A DNA stretch of 63,805 bases, counting the filler, from Octopus bimaculoides (Eukaryota): assembly GCF_001194135.2 (NCBI RefSeq). It is 10 parts of 10 records of this genome, joined end to end, with 100 filler letters (N's around TTAATTAATTAA, not from the genome) between each part and the next. Parts side by side here need not be neighbours in the genome. Positions count along the whole stretch, not along the records: positions 42,602 to 54,763 come from NC_068986.1; positions 54,864 to 60,052 come from NC_068999.1; positions 60,153 to 61,702 come from NW_026341385.1; positions 61,803 to 63,805 come from NC_068990.1; 6 more parts are not named here. One strand, 5' to 3'. A program made the translations under genes and the position numbers. The stretch's first letter is position 1, and each line of letters opens with the position of its first letter. The notes below the pieces were generated by a model that made no database searches, had not been told where the DNA came from, and saw only the letters and a list, made by a program, of their open reading frames with translations. Positions 51,871 through 63,739 of this stretch are shown here, piece after piece.

Positions 51871-52621
51871 AAAAGTTATATTTACACTTTTTTATTAAGT
51901 TTCCTCACTTTAGAAGCGCTGGCAAGGCCACGTGTTCAAGAAATTTGTTTTGCAGCTTCGTCGTTCCTGATATCTTGAATAGAATCTAGTGGATGAAGGG
52001 TGCAAAGCATCGTAGGACAATTAGAAAACCAATGTTTTTCAAACTAGGTTTCTTGTGATATTTGTTTTGTCCTATGATTCTGACAGCTCTCGCTGTCAGA
52101 AATGCGATTAGCCAGCAATTAACCTGTTAAAAAACTGTACGCAACGATGCTAAAATATATAAGACCACATCACAATCAAACTTCAACATATCTACCAATG
52201 CGACACAAATCCTCACTGACGAAAATATGAATATATATGGATATGAGAAACTTTAAAATGTTGGGAACATAAAAGTAGAAATTTGAATACGACAATATTC
52301 TATTGAAAAAAACAAATCAATGGAAAATATTTTTATGAGCCTTCGAAAGAAATTCCCCCAAATATAGCTCAACAATAAAAACACTTAAACAGGGCTATCG
52401 CAAACTTCATTCTCTTCCAGACACAATTCTATTAATATCTCAAAATAAAGAGAATTCGATGATCTTTTTCTTCGCCTGATAAGTCCGGATTTCAAGATAA
52501 TTGTTTAAGCACCTATGAACATAAAGACACATACCAATTCTTAAAAGATCACATGTTAATTTTTAATCCTGGTAAAGGAGTTACGGAGGTGTGTGAAGCA
52601 AGTGTATGTAAATGTAAGCCT

Positions 52622-52657
<36 letters not shown>

Positions 52658-53310
52658 TAAGAGTGTATTTCCCCCTCATACATTATTCAATTATCCCTTA
52701 TCAGGATCAGTATTAATACATTAGATGCCTTGTGGGTTCTGATTTTGTTGATAGAAAAAAGCGCTAATGACTATATTTTCTAAAATCTGGTGTAATAGTC
52801 TTTCGTCACTCTCATCTTGTTTACAATTCTATTGTACAATACACCTTTTAATAAATCCCAAGATACTCATTATTTAGAAAAAGAGAGTAAATTTCCGTTT
52901 ACGTAAATGTTTTCTCTTGGCAACCAATTTTCTCACATTCAGTTATTGAGCATAAACGTTTTGCCTCGACACATTCCATCTACATAGCAGTAGAAATCTA
53001 GTCGTTTCTTAACACTGTAGAAATTACCAGCGTATATATTTAGATCGAAGAAATTATAGATTTCATTGGTGTCGCTTGCTGTTGTAGATATTAATGAATA
53101 AGTTCTAGATTTTTATAAAAGATATAACAGTGTGTTTAGTGCCACATAAATAGAAGGGCAGAGAAATAACCTTATTAGAATGGTCCTGTCGGAAAATCTA
53201 TTAAGAGAGAGAGAGAGATATCCGTTGTGTTTTCAGTTCAAATGTGGTGCTGCTTTAGTACCAAATCAGCTACGATTGAGTAGCCCTATTATTAGATGCC
53301 CTTCTGCGAA

Positions 53311-53560
53311 GGGCGTATAGCCTAGTGATTCGGTTGTTGAACCTACGGTTGCAAGATCATGGTTCCAGTTCCTGGACCGGGCGGTGCGCTGTGTTCTTGA
53401 GTAAACCACTCGTCTTATGCTGCTCTGCAATCACTTCGACACTTGTGGTACGCTGTGAACCGATTCAGATAACGTCGATTTGATGGAGGAAGTAAACTGA
53501 TGTACAGAACATATATTTGATCCCCATAAACAAATCATTTGTGCAGGTTGTTTAGTAAGT
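53311..53560 (+). mobile_element. tRNA-headed SINE (family D)
   Basis: gggcgtatagcctagtgattcgg...ggttccagttcctggacc...gtgttcttgagtaaaccact; single copy seen. Confidence 0.5.
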
Positions 53561-53659
53561 ATTTGCAGAACCGTCTTTCTCAGACTACGAGAGACTAACA
53601 TCAACACAGATGATTTTCTTATTTCTTTACTGTGGAGGTTACACGCAGAGGGGATAAAC

Positions 53660-53955
53660 AAGGACAGACAAACGGATTAAGTCGATTATATCGACCACAG
53701 TGCGTAACTAGTACTTATTTAATCGACACCGAAAGGATGAAAGGCAAAGTCGACACCGAAAGGATGAAAGGCAAAGTCGACACCGAAAGGATGAAAGGCA
53801 AAGTCGACACCGAAAGGATGAAAGGCAAAGTTGACACCGAAAGGATGAAAGGCAAAGTTGACCTCGGTGGAATTTGAATTCAGAACGTAGCGGCAGACGA
53901 AATACCGGTAAGCATTCGCCCGGCGTGCTAACTTTTCTGCCAGCTCGCCGCCTTA
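53660..53955 (-). mobile_element. SINE family A copy whose 27-bp core is amplified five times (53723-53857)
   Basis: tcgacaccgaaaggatgaaaggcaaag x4 plus ttgacacc... x1, no spacers; flanks continue as a normal family A SINE. Confidence 0.9.
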
Positions 53956-54708
53956 AAGCACAGGTACTTTTCTGTCATGTTCTCCGTTATTTTATTCATG
54001 TGTCTCATTTCTGATAATCCGTTATCTAATTCAGTCTAACATTGTACTGGATGACTAATCTCTTTAAAGAAGGTAATGTGATCTAAGGGGGATTTGGCTG
54101 CGATATCTAGAAGATAGATTGACCAAATGAGACGTGTGGAACTAGTAGACCAGTTTATTTTGTTAAACTTTAAATTGCAATAAGGATGTAGACACTATCA
54201 ACATGAATTGTGATTCCAAGAGGTATAAGTGGAGGATTCATTAAAACGCTTTCGTTACATCGCCTTGTTTTTTTTTTCTTTGCATTTTGCTGTTGTTTTT
54301 ACTTCAGATATAATAGTGTTATCAATTAAAAGTTGCTTGGCACATTCCCACGCGTACACGCATATTTGTATGTATGCTTGTGTCTTTGTATGTTTGCAAA
54401 TCTATACAGACATCTACAACCGTATAATGCATGCGTATGTTTCTCTTTGTGTATAATTACCTTAATGTACGTTTATGTGGTATAGTTTTATAACCACGGT
54501 TCATTAATAGTGCGGCATGCTGAAAACATTTCAAATAAGAAAGAAGGATAACAAAAAAAACACTCTGAGTGCATACAATTTAAGTTGATATTCTATTGTT
54601 TATATTGTTATTTATTAATAATATTTAAAATTTCAATTAGAGAAGTTTTAAATTATTAATGATTATATACATAAGCGTGAGTATATACGCGTGCATATAT
54701 ATATGTAG

Positions 54709-54763
<55 letters not shown>

Positions 54764-54918
54764 NNNNNNNNNNNNNNNNNNNNNNNNNNNNNNNNNNNNN
54801 NNNNNNNTTAATTAATTAANNNNNNNNNNNNNNNNNNNNNNNNNNNNNNNNNNNNNNNNNNNNCATATATAAATACATATACATATATATACACATATAC
54901 ATATATATACATACATAC

Positions 54919-54950
<32 letters not shown>

Positions 54951-54951
<1 letters not shown>

Positions 54952-55260
54952 CTAGCAGCTAAACCCTGTTTCACCCGGTCTGTTTGGATGATGTGGCTGT
55001 GATTGTTTTCGGTTAGGCATAATCTATAACAGCGTTTCTCAACTTGATCATTTCGTGTCCCGTTTCGATTGGAGCCTTAAAAAATGGCTTCAGAAGTTGT
55101 GAAGAATGAATTTGTACGTAGTCTGTTTGTGAGAGCTATTCTATTGAACGTCCGTCTAATCATTAAAAGATTTATTTAATTATGAACATAGAAAGAAATT
55201 ATACATTAATTACAATTTTTGTAAGCAGTTTTATCCGTAAAAATTTTATTTGCAGAGAGC
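54951..55260 (-). mobile_element. Probable Helitron 3' end
   Basis: t-actag-cagctaaaccctgtttcacccgg, a degenerate version of the 28072 terminus, abutting (TA)n. Confidence 0.45.
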
Positions 55261-55539
55261 AGAAATTGAAAGATATATGAAATGACCGTGCGTGTGTGTG
55301 TGGGGGTGTGTATGTGAGAGAGAAAGCAACTGGTGTTAATGGCAGAATAATATTTGAAATGCAAATCTGTGAATGAAAAATAAGGTCAGACCTCTACATG
55401 GTAGGTAGACCTGGTAGAAATAGCAGCCAAATCTCCCTCAAAACACCCTACTGTATTAATGCGAGAATTCTGCGTATTATGTTAAGAAGTTGACGTTAAG
55501 AATTGCTTTAACAGAAAATGAAGCTGTAAGAATAGGGCA

Positions 55540-56210
55540 CCTATGATAGAGGTAGACCCAAGAAGATATGGGACGAGGTAGTGAAGCATGAACTGTGAGT
55601 CTCACAGAGGCAATGACTAGTGACTGAGACCTTTGGCGATATGCTGTGCTTGAGAAGACCTGTCAAGCCAAGTCAAATCATAGTCGTGACTGATGCTGGT
55701 GTCATGTAATTGGCACCCATGCTGGTGGTGCATAAAGAGCACCTTTTGAGTGTTGGGTCTCATGAGGGTGAGTTCCTTTTGAGTGTTGGGCCTCACAGAG
55801 GCAAAGTAGCTGAGTTCCTTTTGAGCATTGGGCCTCTTTGAGGCAAGTTTCCTTTCAAGTGTTGAGCCTCATGGAAGCAAAGTGGCTGAGTTTCTTTCGA
55901 GTGTTGGGCCTTTCTGAGGCAATGACCAAGACCTTTAGCATTATGTTGTGCTTGAGAAGAAAACTCATCAAGCTGAGCAAAATCACAGTTGTGGAAGACA
56001 CCGGTGTCACACAAATAGCACCCATACTGGTGGTATGTGAAAGCACCCATTACACTCTCAGAGTGGTTGGCATTAGGAAGGGCATCCAGCTGTAGAAACC
56101 ATGCCAAAGCAAACTGGAGTCTGGTGCAGCCTTCCAGCTTGGCAGCCCTGGTCAAACTGTCCAACCCATGCCAGCATGGACAACAGACATTAAATGATGA
56201 TGATGATGAT
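55540..56210 (+). mobile_element. RTE LINE 3' UTR with internal ~30-bp tandem repeats and (GAT)n tail
   Basis: Repeated ttcctttt/cgagtgttgggcctc..gaggcaa units; ends ccaacccatgccagcatggacaacagacattaaatgatgatgat, same tail as 6830-6910. Confidence 0.7.
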
Positions 56211-56259
56211 ACACACACACACACTCACACACGCACGCACACACACATACATACAACTG

Positions 56260-58550
56260 GACCAAGACAGTGACATAATATTGGAAGCACGATAGCAGGA
56301 ACAGCTGAACAGAAAGTGAATGTGCTCATAACTATCACATTCAGAAGAGGTAGAAGCATTTCTGAGAGAGACTCACAATAACCTTAGAAACGAAACCCTA
56401 GATGTTAACCCAAATGTCAGTAGAGCTGAAATGCCAGTAAATAAGTTCAATCTCAGCTGTCCTTGCCGAAAAGCAGTGGAACAAGTGGTGAAAAAGGCCA
56501 GATCAGGATCAGCTCCTGGCCCAAGTGGTATACATTATAAAGTATACAAGAAATGCTCACAGCTCCTTCGGAGGCTGTGGATGCCATGATGGAAGAAGGT
56601 GGAAGGATGTTTTATGTCAAAAGAAGAAAACTCCACAACTGTTAATCAGTTCAGGACCATCTCCCTCCTGAGTGTTGAGGGGAAAATCTTCTTTTCTGTA
56701 CTGGCCAAAAGGATGAAATCATACATGACTGAGAATGGGTATATAAATACATCTATCCAGAAAGGTAGGGTTCCAGGTTTCTCAGGATGTCTGGAACACA
56801 CTGGAATTCTCAGTTAATTGATTCAGGAGGCTAAGAGAAGTAAAGGTAACTTGACAGTGGTTTGGCTGGATCTGGAAAATGCATACAGAACTATTCCTCA
56901 TGCCCTCATATATGCAGCCCTTGAACGCTATCATATTCCCCTACATATTAAGGGAATAATCAGCAGTTATTTTGGAGGCATCCAGTTACGTTTTGAACAA
57001 CCCATTTTACAACCCAGTGGCAAGACCTTGAGAAAGGAATCAAAACTGGGTGCACAATTTCCCCATTCTTTTCATTATGGGTATGAATCTCCTCATATCA
57101 ATAGCTGATAGAAAAGCCCAAGGACCAACAATAGAATCAGGCAGCTGTCAGCATCCAATAAGGGTAACAACTGCAACCCATGTGGATGCAGAAAGAGTGC
57201 TGACTTCACTAGAACACATGGTGGCATGGGCAAGAACGAGGCCCCAAAATCAAGGAGCATGGTGATCGGGAGAGGGGGGGGAGACAAAGTAACCAACAAA
57301 ATCAGACTACTATTGCAAGGAGAGGCCATTCCATCAATAGAGGAAAATCCAAATAAATGCCTTGAAAAGATGTTTGAAAGTCGCTTTCAAACAGAAGCAA
57401 TGTCACCAACATTGTGAAGCAAGCAGAGGAATGGTTGCTGAGGATTGATAGATCAGGGCTTCCAGGAAAGTACAGAGCATAGCTCTACCAACACGAACTG
57501 TTCCCAAGACTCATATGATTGTTAATGCTATATGATAGTCTGACGACAAGTGTGGAATGGGTGGAGAGGAAGGTAAATAAATACCTCTGAAGATCACTAG
57601 GTGTTCCCCACAAGCTTCACTTTAATAGGTCTGTACATAAGATTGGGACAGCTACAACTTCCCCTATCATCCATAGCGGAGGAATTTAAAGTAGCAAAAT
57701 GTAATGTTGTAATGATGTACAGAGACTCAAAGGACAAGCTTGTCAGACATGTAGGTATTGCAACAAGGTCTGGGTGTAAGTGGGTAGCTAGCATTGCAGT
57801 CACTCAAACTGAAGGCATGCTGGAGCTACATGACATTGTTGGAGTTACATGCAGGAGTCACCAGGGTCTTGGTTCTTCCTATTTCCAACAATGGAAGAAA
57901 GCAGATACCAGGGAGAGGCAGGCTATGACCCAGGAAGTAGTGCAGTACCAGGAGGAAGAAAGAAGAAAATTAAGAGCTGTGGAGATGGTATTTCAGTGTA
58001 CATGGACTAAATGGGACCTCCCTAAGAGGAAGGTCACATGGACTGAGCTGTGGAGATTGGAACCTTTTCACATCTCCTCCCGGCTGCAGATGGTGTACAA
58101 CACACTCCTGACACCAACAAACCTGCACAAATGGGGTTTGAGGGAAGACCAACTATGTAGACTGTGGAGAAAGAGGCACTCTGGCACATATCATGGCAGG
58201 GTGCAGAAAAGCACTTTCTCAAGGCAGATATGAATGGCACCATGATAGGGTGCTTACAACACTTGTTCACACCATGGAGCAGGAAAGGCACAAGAAACAT
58301 CATCACCAGGGGAAGGCAACAGCAACAATTGAGTTCATGAAAGAGGGAGAGAGAGACGAGTAAAGTCGGCAACAGCAATACATTGCTTGCTGCATGGATC
58401 TGCTTACCCACTATTGAGAGGGTGCTATGGTTCAGGGTCAAAACACCCGATGAACATTGAATACTGTTTGATGACATCAGTTCCTCCTGGCCAAAGCTCC
58501 ATTCACCAAAGTGAATGGAAAAAGCACATCCTTATAGGTGTTATTAACAT
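56260..58550 (+). mobile_element. HERO/NeSL-like RLE non-LTR retrotransposon, 5'-truncated pseudogene (RT, zinc knuckle)
   Basis: NQFRTISLLSVEGKIFFSVLAKR...IQKGRVPGFSGCLEHTGIL...VVWLDLENAYRTIPH...W..LWRLEPFHIS...TPTNLHKWGL...LCRL...GRYEWHHDRVL; many stops and frameshifts. Confidence 0.85.
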
Positions 58551-58553
58551 ATA

Positions 58554-58668
58554 CAGGGTGTCCCAGAATTAAGGCAACCAACTTTTTTCAATTTTGCCAA
58601 AGCAAATTATTGTCATATTTCGGGTCCAAGCATTGCAATGCAATGGTATAGGAAATACAATTATGACA
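58554..58668 (+). mobile_element. Tc1/mariner-like terminal fragment
   Basis: TA followed by cagggtgtcccagaatta, a typical Tc1/pogo-type TIR start; partner end not found. Confidence 0.4.
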
Positions 58669-59876
58669 TGTGGTGTTATGGGCTGCGATTAGCTATGTGA
58701 TGTTGATGGAGAGAGATCGCAGATGAAGCAAATGGAAGTGAAAACAGACTGGAAGGGCCGGTGGAAGTCGGCCACTTGGGGATGCGTGGACAGCGAGCAC
58801 GTGTGGGCAGTTCGATCAGAGACAGTGTACGTAGAAGACGTGGTTTGATCTGGAGCGATCGTTTATCCCACCACGGTCGACAAGGTAAGGACACTGTATT
58901 TCTTTCTCCCTTTTGCTTCTTGTCTTTTTCCTCCATCACACCACAAGCTATTTCGGCCCATAACAAAAAAAAAAAAAGAAAATTATGAGTGTAGTCCGTA
59001 TTTCTAATGATGTGATCAAACCGTTTTGCAGTGACACGGATGTGGTCGCGTGGTTAAAAAAGATGAAGTTGGTTGCGAAGCTCCACAGGATAGACGACCT
59101 AACAAGTTTTTTACCGCTGTACCTAGATGGGCCAGCGTTGGCGCTATTCCTAGAAATGGAAGAGAGGGACCAACTTAGAGCAGAAAAGATCGAAATCCGC
59201 TTGATGGAGGCCTTTACAGAAGGAAAGTTTGAAGCATATGCTCACCTGGGGAAAGCAAAGTGGACTGGCGAACAGGTCGACGTGTTTGTCAACGAACTCA
59301 GGTGATTGGCTAAACTGGCGGGGTACGAAGGAGAATCGCTAGATTGGATGGTTAAGTTGACGTTTGTGACTGGTTTTCCTGACCACATATCAGTCAAGTT
59401 GCAGAAGCTGCCGACGTGAACTCCATGGCGATGGCGGATATTATAACTTGGGCTCGTGTGCTAGTTTCGTGTTGCAGATCAATGCCGTTGGCGGCAACTG
59501 CAACAGCAAAAGGCGGTAACTGCAACAGCAAAAGGCGGCCGAGCAAGGAGTAGCTGAGAGGGGTCGAACAAGGAACGTGTGCGACCGTTCAAAGGACAGT
59601 GTTTCCGGTGTCAGGGCCCACACATGGTGCGAGACTGCAAGCTACCCAAGCCTGACGTCATTTGCTACCGGTGTCGAGAAACAGGACATATAGCCAGCAA
59701 ATGTCAGCAGGGAAACGGTCTAAGGGAGACTACTACGCCAGTGGTCATCCCTTTGGATCTGTAGTAACGCCTGCGCATGCGTAGAATAAAACAAGCAAGC
59801 GTTTCCCGCTCAATTCATCCTCTTTCTCGCTGGCCAGCGATTGAGCATGGACGTGTGTTTAAAGCTGTCTCTACAT
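58669..59876 (+). mobile_element. Gag-only Ty3/Gypsy-like LTR element: TG..CA box 58669-58945, gag pseudogene 58985-59764, second TG..CA box 59760-59876
   Basis: Gag MSVVRISNDVIKPF..DVVAWLKK..L.AKL...LPLYLDGPALAL...; knuckles CFRCQGPHMVRDC and CYRCRETGHIASKC; one stop and frameshifts; no pol. Confidence 0.8.
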
Positions 59877-60199
59877 CTTTTGGTCTTATACTCGACAGCT
59901 CGTTATTCTCACCTCTAAAGATGTATGACTAAAAGATTTGTATGTTTATCACCTAAATAAATGTTGTTTGAGTTGTTTAGTCTGGAGTTCAGCGTTCCGT
60001 CTATTTCTTTAATTTTATAGTAGAAAGTCAGGTATACAATCTAAAGATGTATNNNNNNNNNNNNNNNNNNNNNNNNNNNNNNNNNNNNNNNNNNNNTTAA
60101 TTAATTAANNNNNNNNNNNNNNNNNNNNNNNNNNNNNNNNNNNNNNNNNNNNCAAGGAGAAAAAATATAAATGTAGTGGTCAGCGATCTATCATGGCAA

Positions 60200-60400
60200 A
60201 TGCCGGACTACGTGCTACTTTGTCGGTTACAACGACAACGGTGTGTTCCAGTTGATCCGATCAACGGGACAGCCTGCTCGTGAAATTAATTAACGTGCAA
60301 GTGGCTGAGCACTCCACAGGCACGGGTACCCTTCACTTAGTTCTCGGGGGAGATTCAGCGTGACACAGAGTGTGGCCCTTTGAAACATAGGTACAACGGA
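60200..60400 (-). mobile_element. SINE family C 3' body
   Basis: Reverse complement of the 10100-10245 sequence. Confidence 0.7.
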
Positions 60401-60638
60401 AACAGGAAGAAAGAGTGAGAGAAAGTTGTGGTGAAAGAGTGCAGCAGGGTTCGCCACCATCCCCTGCCAGAGCCTCGTGGAGCTTTTAGGTGTTTTTGCT
60501 TAATAAACACTCACAACACCCGGTATGCACTGAAGCAGCCACATGGAATTCATTTGTAATAGTAAATGACTTTCTGAGCAACAAGAAAGCACATTATTTA
60601 CATTATTTACATTTAACGGATATTTGTCCTCATCTTGT

Positions 60639-60709
60639 GGTCATTTGGTGTAGTGGTTAAGAGCGCGGGCTACTAGCCCCAAGATTCCGAGTTCGATTTC
60701 AGGCAGTGA

Positions 60710-60711
<2 letters not shown>
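60639..60711 (+). pseudogene. tRNA-derived Pol III head (Ser(ACT)-like, degenerate)
   Basis: Acceptor stem GGTCATT/AGTGACC, A box TGGTGTAGTGG, loop ctACTag, B box GAGTTCGATT; T-stem broken, so not a functional tRNA. Confidence 0.6.
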
Positions 60712-60785
<74 letters not shown>

Positions 60786-60834
60786 CATCGAAAAATACCT
60801 TAAGAATGAGAACCCAGGTTCGAAATTTTCCCAA

Positions 60835-60880
60835 GACACCTGATGAAGGCTGGAGAATATATCAGCCGAAACGTTGTGTT
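60835..60880 (+). ncRNA. Minimal type-I hammerhead ribozyme (Penelope-type)
   Basis: gacac-CTGATGA-a-ggctg(gagaatatat)cagcc-GAAA-c-g-TT-gtgtt: stem I gacac/gtgtt, stem II 5 bp, palindromic ACGT in place of stem III, predicted cleavage after GUU (60875). Confidence 0.7.
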
Positions 60881-60989
60881 AACAACAAACAAGATGAGGA
60901 CAAATATCCGTCGAATGTAAATAATGTAAATAATGTATATAATTCCTCATCTCTTAGATATAGAACGATGCAACAAGAAAGCGGATAGC

Positions 60990-61310
60990 TATGTCGAAAT
61001 AACCAACAATATGCAGGAGAACTTTCAAAAGTTAGGAGCAAATATGAGTCTAAAGCAACATTAACTCCACAGTCAACTTGATAAATTCCTTGAAAGTCTG
61101 AAAATCTGAAAAGGGACGAGCAGAGAGAAGTTTCCATCAGGACCTAAAATCCACAGAATAAAGGAATCCAGGCAGATGAGATTTGCATATGATGGTGGAC
61201 TATTGCCGGAATATGGCTCGTGATCCTTCTGAGCCTCAGCACTAAAGGAAATCATCCAAACAAAATTTCATGGGAAATGAAGCATAAACAATGATGCAAT
61301 TTGTATATCG
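60990..61310 (+). mobile_element. Chapaev3-like (CMC) DNA transposase C-terminal remnant
   Basis: NFQKLGANMSLKQH*LHSQLDKF...FHQDLKSTE...MMVDYCRNMARD resembles LGCNMSIK.HFLHSHLD.FP.NLG..SEEQGERFHQD...RYQG.W...MMADYCW. Confidence 0.55.
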
Positions 61311-62054
61311 ATATTTTGAGACTTTTTACTAGCTTTTCAGCAGAATTTTAAGAAAATATTCTGGCTTTGAAGAAAAATCAATTTCTATGGATGCTTGTAT
61401 GTTATGCTTTGTTTCTCATAAGTTGTTTTATTGAAAGAGACAATGAAATTCTATGGATCCAGTACTTTAAAATCTTGATGTGATGGTAATAAATGGATGT
61501 TATTTTGGGATTCTATGTGTCCAAAAACCGCTGGGTCAGGTCCCAAACTTTTGACAACAGAGAAAAAAAAATTCGATGACCTGAGTAATCAAAAACGAGG
61601 TAAGGGGAAAAAGAAGAAAAAAAGCGAAGAACATATAGGGAAATTATAGTAGAGAGAGAGAGAGAGAGGTAAGTGTAGAAAGAAAGGAAGAATAAAGGAA
61701 ATNNNNNNNNNNNNNNNNNNNNNNNNNNNNNNNNNNNNNNNNNNNNTTAATTAATTAANNNNNNNNNNNNNNNNNNNNNNNNNNNNNNNNNNNNNNNNNN
61801 NNATATATATACATATATATATACATATATATACAAATACTGCATTTGTTGTTGGTCTCTGTGTACATGCACACCTTAAGAAGAGTAATATCAAAGTTGG
61901 CCTAGTTAAAATTGTTTCTGATTTGATTAATTAAATCTTTGCATCTGTCTTGCTTCTATTTTGTTTTTATGAAAGAGCATTTACGGGTTCCCTTGATCTG
62001 CGAAAAGAATACCCAAGCCTCACTCGAAATTCATAATGCTGCCTTACATAAAAT

Positions 62055-62111
<57 letters not shown>

Positions 62112-62112
62112 G

Positions 62113-62250
62113 CAAGTGCCTGTGTGGTAAGAAGTTTGCTTCCCAACGACATGGTTCTGGGATCAGTCGTACTGTGTTCAACTATAGTCACGGGCTAAGC
62201 AACGCCCTATATGTGGATATCGCAGATGGAAACTGCAAGAAGCCCGGATT
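62113..62250 (+). mobile_element. SINE family B, decayed 5' part
   Basis: gtgcctgtgtggtaagaagtttgcttcccaac...gatggaaactgcaagaagccc. Confidence 0.6.
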
Positions 62251-62569
62251 TATCCTTGTGCTTAAGTGTGCTTAAGGGCATCGAGGCCCCGTTGACCGGG
62301 GATGAGGTGCATCTTCCTGCCTAAAAATTTTTTACGATGAATTTTTCAAAAGTTAAACGTTCAAATATTTTTTCAAAATGTCACAAAAGTGAAATTGATA
62401 ATGCGAACGCCTTTTTATATGTTATTTCTAAACATAAAATTGTGCATAAACAATTCTAAAAGTAAGGGGTTTCACAACTTAACCAGCACTGGACCTCATT
62501 TGCCCTAAATTCGGCCCTGTGTCTCAGAAAAAGATATTTATTCATGACCCATTTACTCCTCCATCCCGC

Positions 62570-62815
62570 CATCGATTTCTCAACCCACTATTCCTGGGAA
62601 AGTCGAGGGTGGATTTTTGCAGATAGAAGTCCTCAGGCACCTCATCCAGAGTCGCATCAGAATCAACCATCATTACACATTCTGGCTAGATTCGTAACAG
62701 TGGCCAGCTAAGGCCATGGATATTATCTAATCATCTTCTTGGTTTGACCATAAGTCTCCTGCCGATTGGCTCGGCTTGAAGAATCCGTCTTGCGATACTT
62801 TTCGGCGACATTCTA
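62570..62815 (-). mobile_element. LINE (RTE-X/L2-like) 3' end, degenerate
   Basis: Minus strand RMSPKSIARRILQAEPIGRR..KPRR*LDNIHGLSWPLLRI. Confidence 0.5.
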
Positions 62816-63134
62816 ATCGCATGTCTATAATACTAGAGAAATAGCAGCTGGATCAATTTAATGCTACGAGACCAGCAGTTTCGAGGGAAAAGAGAGAAGT
62901 TCACATCACCGACTGGTCAATATTTCACTATTTTATCAACTCTATCTCGAAGGGGGCGAAACGCAGAGCGGGATTTGATCTCAGAGGGTAAAGGACCAAC
63001 AAAAAAACCGCAAAGCAGTTTTTTTTCCCCGCTGTAATAATTCTGCAAGCTTGCAGCTCTATTATTATATACAAGAGAATAACGCAAAACAGATTTTATA
63101 AATATGTCTTAAAACAGCATCAACAAAAATAACA

Positions 63135-63192
<58 letters not shown>

Positions 63193-63386
63193 GAGTCTTG
63201 TCATCAATGCTTCGTTCAACTATGGAAGATCTGAGTGAGAAATTACATTCACAGTCCTGTTTGATCTGAGGAGATTAAAACAAAAAGTCACCAAGCGATT
63301 AAATACACGGCTAGTCAGGAAAGAGAGAGGTAGAGAGAGAGAGAGAGAGAAAGAAAGAAAGAAAGAAAGAAAGGAAGAAAGAAATA

Positions 63387-63426
<40 letters not shown>

Positions 63427-63690
63427 AAATAAAGAAAGAAAGGAAGAAACATTGAATTCCGATTGATGATGGTGTTTATGGCGGTTTACTAAGTAGAAGA
63501 GAGAAGACAGAGAAATAATTACCAAAAAGAACAAATTATGTGTTCGTGTGTGAGCGTGAAAATACGTATGTATGCATGTATATATATGTGTGTGTTTGTG
63601 TATGTGTGAGTGTATGTGTATGTATGAATATATATATACACACATACATGCATGTGAATTATGAATATGAATCAATCAATCAATCAATCA

Positions 63691-63739
<49 letters not shown>

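Larger units (their letters stand above)
60591..60936 (+). mobile_element. tRNA-headed, hammerhead-containing short retroelement with an inverted 48-bp copy of its 3' tail at the 5' end
   Basis: IR 60591-60638 vs 60889-60936 (2 mismatches); tRNA-like head 60639-60711; (AAT)n about 60714-60783; hammerhead 60835-60880. Confidence 0.75.

Noticed and set aside
53028-53078. 51-nt phase-1 candidate exon (SDTNEIYNFFDLNIYA) faintly like PDE GAF-A FFDVHAG
   Set aside because: Weak polypyrimidine tract and only 3-4 matching residues; not distinguishable from chance without RNA-seq.
53723-53857. 27-bp direct repeats resembling a CRISPR array
   Set aside because: No spacers, lies inside a SINE, eukaryotic context, no cas genes.
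60639-60711. Functional tRNA-Ser gene
   Set aside because: T-stem and D-stem do not pair properly; it runs into an (AAT)n spacer and element body, so it is treated as a SINE head.
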